A program made the position numbers and the translations under genes. The notes under the pieces are model-generated. The model made no database searches and had not been told where the DNA came from. It was given only the letters and a program-made list of their open reading frames with translations. DNA of 64,000 nucleotides, taken from the IMG/VR virus record IMGVR_UViG_3300025070_000019, positions 1 through 64,000 of that record; one strand, 5' to 3'. Below are positions 58,948-64,000 of the stretch, in pieces (the first letter of the stretch is position 1; each line of letters begins with the position of its first letter). Source of the stretch: a virus.

Positions 58948-59227
58948 TGATAAAGATTTAGGTGTCTACCTACACAGTAAAAAAGTTTTCTATTACCTTG
59001 AAGCAGGCAATAGCTATATTGGTAATACAGTTGAAAGAGTAAGGAAAACTTTGATTCAAAGAGGCTATATTACTCCTGAAGTTGGAAATATTACTTCTGT
59101 AAATTATACTATATGTAGTATCAAAGAAGCTAAAATGAAAGATTATGAAATGAAACCCATTTATCTTTCAAAACATATTCGTAAGCTTTACGAACAAACA
59201 CAAGAATCTAAATCATCATTTAAATGA
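58940..59227 (+). CDS. hypothetical protein
   Basis: ORF in operon. Confidence 0.55.
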   Translation: MSSDKDLGVYLHSKKVFYYLEAGNSYIGNTVERVRKTLIQRGYITPEVGNITSVNYTICSIKEAKMKDYEMKPIYLSKHIRKLYEQTQESKSSFK

Positions 59228-59244
59228 TTTAAATAGGAGATATT

Positions 59245-59580
59245 ATGATTGAGCAAGTTTTAAAATTTTTAATTGCTTATAAAAAAGAACTTATTTATTT
59301 AGCTATTTTTTTAATAGGCTTTATTGCTGGAATTTCAATATCTCCTACATGTGATAGAGATAGTATTTGTGAAGACGACATTAACGCTAAGAAAGCTGCT
59401 ATCAAACAGCTAAATAAAAGACAAGCAGAACATATAGAAGATCTTCGTAACAAAGAAGATTCTATGAAAAAAAAATGTGACAAAACTGTTGCTAAAGCAT
59501 TAAAAGACAATAATATAAATTCTAGTGAGCTAGATTGTTTAATTTGTGGAGGTATATTACAACAATGTATAAAAAAATAA
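59245..59580 (+). CDS. membrane-anchored coiled-coil protein with Cys
   Basis: N-terminal TM; AGGAG RBS. Confidence 0.6.
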   Translation: MIEQVLKFLIAYKKELIYLAIFLIGFIAGISISPTCDRDSICEDDINAKKAAIKQLNKRQAEHIEDLRNKEDSMKKKCDKTVAKALKDNNINSSELDCLICGGILQQCIKK

Positions 59581-60050
59581 TATTTTTATTATTATCTTTA
59601 TTTAGTTTATCTGTTAGTGCTGAAGGATTTAATTTAGGATTAAATCCTTCTACTTGGCAACCTCATTTTTTTGAATATGAATTAACTTCTACTTTTAAAA
59701 TTGATAAGGTCGTTTATTTAAAACAAACAGTTCCTGCTCCATTTGAAGGAATACTGTTGTATAAAGCTGATTTAGAAGACATTAAAACAGAAATGAATCG
59801 TATATCTAATAATGAAACAGATTGCATAGATGAACAACGTTTAATTTGCGATAAATTAATAGACACAATAAATGACGATTGTTTATCTTATAATGATCAA
59901 CTTATAAAAGATAAAAAAGAACTTATAAAGAAGCTTAATTTAAAAACTAGTCAATATAAAAAACTACAATTTAAAACTACAGTTGCACTTGTAATCAGTG
60001 GCGTAATTGTAACAGCTTTAACAACATCGTTAGTTTATGGAACGTTATAA
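59535..60050 (+). CDS. secreted/membrane coiled-coil protein (probable start 59565)
   Basis: Signal peptide, APFEGILL, C-terminal TM. Confidence 0.6.
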   Translation: MFNLWRYITTMYKKIIFLLLSLFSLSVSAEGFNLGLNPSTWQPHFFEYELTSTFKIDKVVYLKQTVPAPFEGILLYKADLEDIKTEMNRISNNETDCIDEQRLICDKLIDTINDDCLSYNDQLIKDKKELIKKLNLKTSQYKKLQFKTTVALVISGVIVTALTTSLVYGTL

Positions 60051-60798
60051 CGAAGATGAAGTAATTACAATCTCTTATTGCAATTACTTACATTATTTAG
60101 GCGGTAATATTAACAAGCTTTCTATAGCTCAATGTTTATTTAAAGATTTAATTTTAAAGTTAAATTATTTAATTTTAAAAAAAGAATTAAAAGATATAGA
60201 TTTATTTTTAAATAACTATTTAAAAACTTTAATTAAAAAATACTACTCAGATATAAACACAATTGATGATTTAGGTTATTTACACTCTTTTTATAGTCAA
60301 TTGTTTTTTAAGTATATTGACTTATTTCCAACAGAAAAATATATGCCTGGTTTTGTAGATTACAAACCTGTAGTAAAAATGGATGATATTGAATTAAAAT
60401 TAAATTTAGATCTTATTTTAATACAACAAAATAAAGACGCATACTATCATCTTATATGTTTTGCAAAAGATTTAGATGAATTTAATATAAAAAATAACCC
60501 ATTGAATTACTTTAAATTAAAGATATTAAGAAAAATACATACTAAACAAAAACGTAGAAGAGAACCAGTTAAGATGCATTTCTTATATATTCCTACTCCT
60601 ACATTTAGAAATCGCAATCAACGCGACTATAGATTAAAACATATAACAATAGACCTAGAAGATTACAAAGAAGTAAATACGGATAATTTTAAATCTTTAT
60701 TTAAAGATTACAAAAAAAGAAAACCTAAACCTAGATTTTACTGTAATGAAAAAAACTGTATAAAAAGAAAGGAGTGCTTAAATGCCAACTTACGGTGA
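60037..60798 (+). CDS. hypothetical protein (possible degenerate PD-(D/E)XK fold)
   Basis: LDLIL, C-terminal C....C.....C. Confidence 0.45.
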   Translation: MERYNEDEVITISYCNYLHYLGGNINKLSIAQCLFKDLILKLNYLILKKELKDIDLFLNNYLKTLIKKYYSDINTIDDLGYLHSFYSQLFFKYIDLFPTEKYMPGFVDYKPVVKMDDIELKLNLDLILIQQNKDAYYHLICFAKDLDEFNIKNNPLNYFKLKILRKIHTKQKRRREPVKMHFLYIPTPTFRNRNQRDYRLKHITIDLEDYKEVNTDNFKSLFKDYKKRKPKPRFYCNEKNCIKRKECLNANLR

Positions 60799-61081
60799 TT
60801 TTGTACTAGCATCTAAGATAAGAATAAATCTTCCATCAGACTTATTCTATGGTGGACCTTGGACTCATTTAGCAACTGTAAAAAGAAGTTTATGTGAATA
60901 TGTAGCTTTATTACATGAACCGAGCCAAAAGATATATATAGAACAAATAAGTGCTACTGGTCATTTTCATCACATAGAAGACGATTCTTTATGGACTGCA
61001 CTTGTGCAATTTCTTGTATCGAAAGGTGTATTAGGTTTCAATAAAGATGAAGAGATTGTTGTAGGTAATTTTGAAAAGTAG
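60782..61081 (+). CDS. hypothetical protein
   Basis: AAGGAG RBS. Confidence 0.65.
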   Translation: MPTYGDFVLASKIRINLPSDLFYGGPWTHLATVKRSLCEYVALLHEPSQKIYIEQISATGHFHHIEDDSLWTALVQFLVSKGVLGFNKDEEIVVGNFEK

Positions 61082-61490
61082 AAGTGTACTTAAGAATCAA
61101 TTCTTTTATTATGAAAATGCTTCTAATTTCCATAATAAAGTACGTGACATATTTGCAAACGATTCTTTCTTTAGGCAATTTGGTTGCTATCAAGAAGTAC
61201 CTTTATCATTTCTTGTAGATGATTATCCTAATAATAAAGATGCTGTTGATTGGTGGATAGATGAGTTTGGAGTAATTATAGAATTACATGGCAGACAACA
61301 TTATCACTCTACATCTTTTACAAAAGATATAAGCTATGAAGAAAAACAGAAAAACTTTTTTAACATTAAGTATAGAGATAATCGAAAGAAAACATTTTTA
61401 TTAGATGCAGATTACAAATACATAGAAATTTCTTATAAAGAAATTGGTAAAATAACTTCTGAATATTTAAAACAATTAATATTAAATTGA
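61071..61490 (+). CDS. DUF559/Vsr-like endonuclease
   Basis: QEV, VDWW, IIELHGRQHY, RD..K...IEISY. Confidence 0.75.
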   Translation: MKSRSVLKNQFFYYENASNFHNKVRDIFANDSFFRQFGCYQEVPLSFLVDDYPNNKDAVDWWIDEFGVIIELHGRQHYHSTSFTKDISYEEKQKNFFNIKYRDNRKKTFLLDADYKYIEISYKEIGKITSEYLKQLILN

Positions 61491-61497
61491 GGTTATC

Positions 61498-62133
61498 ATG
61501 AATAAAGAAGAACTAATTCAAATGTTATTTGCACTTGAGGAACAAGAAAAGATCAACACTGTATGGGAACCAAACTCAATATTGTTTTATGGACCTGATA
61601 GCCGCGTTATCAGTTTCAATCAAGACGTAAATGCTCAATCAGCTACTTCTTTAATATCACAGCTTTATCATTTAAACCATTTAGATACAGAAGATACAAT
61701 TGGTATACATTTAAATACACCTGGTGGAAACTTAACAGACGCTTTAGCTATATATGATTGTATAACTCAATTACCTAACCCTGTTATTATTCAAGCTACA
61801 GGTTTATGTGCTTCTGCTGGTTTGATTATATTAAGTGCTGCTGATTATAGAATAGCTACACCTAATTGTAGTTTCTTTTACCATGAGCCTGTAGTAGATG
61901 GTTCAGCTATTACTTCTTCTAGCGAGATGAATGAGTTTGCATCTCACTATGCAAACTCAAAAGTAATTGCAGATAGACTTATACAAAGAAAAGCTAAAAT
62001 TAAAAAAAGCATTTGGAACAAATATTTTGAAGGTAAAACTTCTTATTGGTTTGACACTCAAAAAGCATTAGAATATAACATAATAGATAAAATTAGTGAA
62101 TCAGATAAAATTGATTTTAAAATAAAAACATAA
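61498..62133 (+). CDS. clpP: ClpP-like serine protease
   Basis: LNTPGG....LAIYD, GLCASAG (Ser), FYHEP (His), ALEY.IID. Confidence 0.85.
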   Translation: MNKEELIQMLFALEEQEKINTVWEPNSILFYGPDSRVISFNQDVNAQSATSLISQLYHLNHLDTEDTIGIHLNTPGGNLTDALAIYDCITQLPNPVIIQATGLCASAGLIILSAADYRIATPNCSFFYHEPVVDGSAITSSSEMNEFASHYANSKVIADRLIQRKAKIKKSIWNKYFEGKTSYWFDTQKALEYNIIDKISESDKIDFKIKT

Positions 62134-62149
62134 TTGTAAAGGATTTATT

Positions 62150-62500
62150 ATGGCTTCAAGAGGTCGAGGAGCAAGAACAAAAGGTGCTGCTTTTGAAAGA
62201 GAGTTAGCTAAGTATTTTACAGAAAATACTAAACTAACAGCCAAACGAGGGATTGGTCAAACTAGATCAGGTGGTTCTGAAGTATCCGATGTTGATATGC
62301 CTATACTTCATATAGAAGCTAAAAGACATAAAAGATGCAATATAAAAGCTGCACTTAGACAAGCTATTGATGATGCTAATGTAAATGGCAAAATACCAGT
62401 TGCTATAACTAGAGACGATAGAGCTGATATTTTAGTAACTATGCGTTTAGATGATTGGATAGATCTATTCAATGCTTATCTTGTCAAAAAGAAAAAATGA
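62150..62500 (+). CDS. Hjc-like Holliday junction resolvase
   Basis: KGAAFERELA, SDV, HIEAKR. Confidence 0.8.
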   Translation: MASRGRGARTKGAAFERELAKYFTENTKLTAKRGIGQTRSGGSEVSDVDMPILHIEAKRHKRCNIKAALRQAIDDANVNGKIPVAITRDDRADILVTMRLDDWIDLFNAYLVKKKK

Positions 62501-63231
62501 TAATAAAACCAAAAAAGAAATCATTATATATAACTGTTGACTATAATGATTTTGTTTTGCATTATCATAATATCTTTACTTTAAATTCTCAGAGTAAAGT
62601 CAAGTCGAGTTACATTTCAAAAAAGGAGTCTATTGCTTTTATCCTTATAGCAGTGGATTCCTTTTTTGATTTTATAACTAACTTATTTAATGCAAAACAA
62701 TATAACAAAAATATAACTTTATATACTTTATTAAAATTATTAGAAAAAGATGATCGTCCAATTGCAACTTTAAATTGGAAGTTAAAGAAGTACAAAAACT
62801 ACCTTTTGCAAAATGATCTTTCTTTCAAAGATCATTTAGTTGAAGCATTTTTAATGCATTTAAATAAAGTACATAAAAGAAAACCTAAGTATAAAAAAAA
62901 TTACAGATTGTTTTATTTTATTACTTGTGAAATTAAAACTTTTTTATTTAAAATAATTAGAAAAATCATTTATAAATCTAAAAGAGATTTTTTAACTAAT
63001 CAATCCTATTATTATTATAATAATAAATGCTTTGACATATTTATAGATAGTGGTTATTTATCTATTATAGAAAAAGAAAATCCTTTTTTATTTTATCTGT
63101 ATATTAAATACACAGAAGATTACTATGATAAAAAAGATTTTTATAAATTTCTAAATAATATTAGTAATAACTCTAATTATCATAAAGAGGACTTATGTCA
63201 ATTGATAAAAAAACTGCCATACAGCAATTAG
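62455..63231 (+). CDS. hypothetical protein (probable start 62497)
   Basis: ATGA coupling to previous stop. Confidence 0.5.
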   Translation: MDRSIQCLSCQKEKMIIKPKKKSLYITVDYNDFVLHYHNIFTLNSQSKVKSSYISKKESIAFILIAVDSFFDFITNLFNAKQYNKNITLYTLLKLLEKDDRPIATLNWKLKKYKNYLLQNDLSFKDHLVEAFLMHLNKVHKRKPKYKKNYRLFYFITCEIKTFLFKIIRKIIYKSKRDFLTNQSYYYYNNKCFDIFIDSGYLSIIEKENPFLFYLYIKYTEDYYDKKDFYKFLNNISNNSNYHKEDLCQLIKKLPYSN

Positions 63232-63692
63232 GCACAAATAGTAATGTATCTAATCAATACAGTTTAGTTAAAAAACTATCTGGACCTAAAATAAATAAAA
63301 CAGTAAAAATGGTTATACCTGCTGGTAGAAATTTAACAGAATTAATTAGTAGAGAAAAATTGCCTCAAGCAATCTTTACTTGGTTAAGAAGAGTTCGCCA
63401 TTTTAAAAATGTAACAATTAGTTTTGTTGATGATATCTCCAATAGAGATTATCACGAAACTACAGTTGTAGATTTTAATACTAATAATAGACTTCCTGAA
63501 TGGGAACTCCAAGGCAAAAAATGGTTAGCAGAAAGAACTGCAGAAGTACTTGCAATGGAGAACATACTTGCTGTTAGAATAGATAAACAAGGTATCCACG
63601 CGATTTTAGATATGAAACAATCTTTTAATTCTGAAAGTGAAAATTGGGAACCACATTTATTATTTACACCTCACAAACCTACAGGATTTTAA
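63195..63692 (+). CDS. hypothetical protein
   Basis: GAGGA RBS. Confidence 0.6.
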   Translation: MSIDKKTAIQQLGTNSNVSNQYSLVKKLSGPKINKTVKMVIPAGRNLTELISREKLPQAIFTWLRRVRHFKNVTISFVDDISNRDYHETTVVDFNTNNRLPEWELQGKKWLAERTAEVLAMENILAVRIDKQGIHAILDMKQSFNSESENWEPHLLFTPHKPTGF

Positions 63693-63961
63693 TTATGAGT
63701 TTATTTAAAGAAAGACAACAAACTAGTAAAAGAATTATTGCATTAGAAAATCAAATTCTTGCTCTTAAACAAGAATTAGCTAATCAATCTTCACAACCAG
63801 TTGCTTCATGTGATAAATGTGAAAGTGAAAAGTTATTATTAGACTCTCAGCTTAAAGATCTTAAAGCTGAACTTAAGAAAGTTAAATCTGATTTAACTCG
63901 CAGTAAAAATAAAATCACTAAATTGCAAGATCAACTTTCTTCATCGCAAAGTGAAGAATAA
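63644..63961 (+). CDS. coiled-coil protein (probable start 63695)
   Basis: Heptads, CDKC. Confidence 0.55.
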   Translation: MGTTFIIYTSQTYRILIMSLFKERQQTSKRIIALENQILALKQELANQSSQPVASCDKCESEKLLLDSQLKDLKAELKKVKSDLTRSKNKITKLQDQLSSSQSEE

Positions 63962-64000
63962 TGTGTAATTGTAAAAAAGATAAAAAATCTGATTTACAAA

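Noticed and set aside
1474-62795. Numerous short antisense or nested ORFs in the track (e.g. 8273-8521, 25223-25579, 39270-39506, 49898-50134, 51246-51506)
   Set aside because: They lie wholly within or opposite well-supported genes and have no motifs; shadow ORFs
1-64000. Stop-codon reassignment
   Set aside because: Conserved genes are full length and tightly packed in code 11, with TAA, TAG and TGA all used as genuine stops

Overview
AT-rich, gene-dense, almost entirely + strand segment of a large (jumbo-type) dsDNA bacteriophage genome, read in the standard genetic code. It carries a bacterial-type replisome (three-piece DnaE, primase-helicase fusion, RecA, SSB, resolvases, Cas4-like nuclease) and a broad nucleotide-metabolism set (PurA, PurB, IMPDH/GMPR, PyrD, ThyX, dCMP deaminase, NrdAB, MazG-like). 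It also has one CAT-anticodon tRNA, cell-wall hydrolases and a ~13.5 kb virion fibre/decoration cassette. Highlights: (1) an apparently complete phage-encoded ubiquitin-like conjugation locus (large E2-like protein, JAB/JAMM protease, ThiF/E1, tandem poly-Ubl precursor ending in KG|N); (2) DnaE in three genes, the last two joined by a cyanobacterial-type split intein whose halves are separated by the whole structural cassette; (3) a close homologue of plant Whirly ssDNA-binding proteins; (4) a class III nucleotide cyclase paired with a 2-TM protein. All family calls come from motif recognition by eye; no searches were run.
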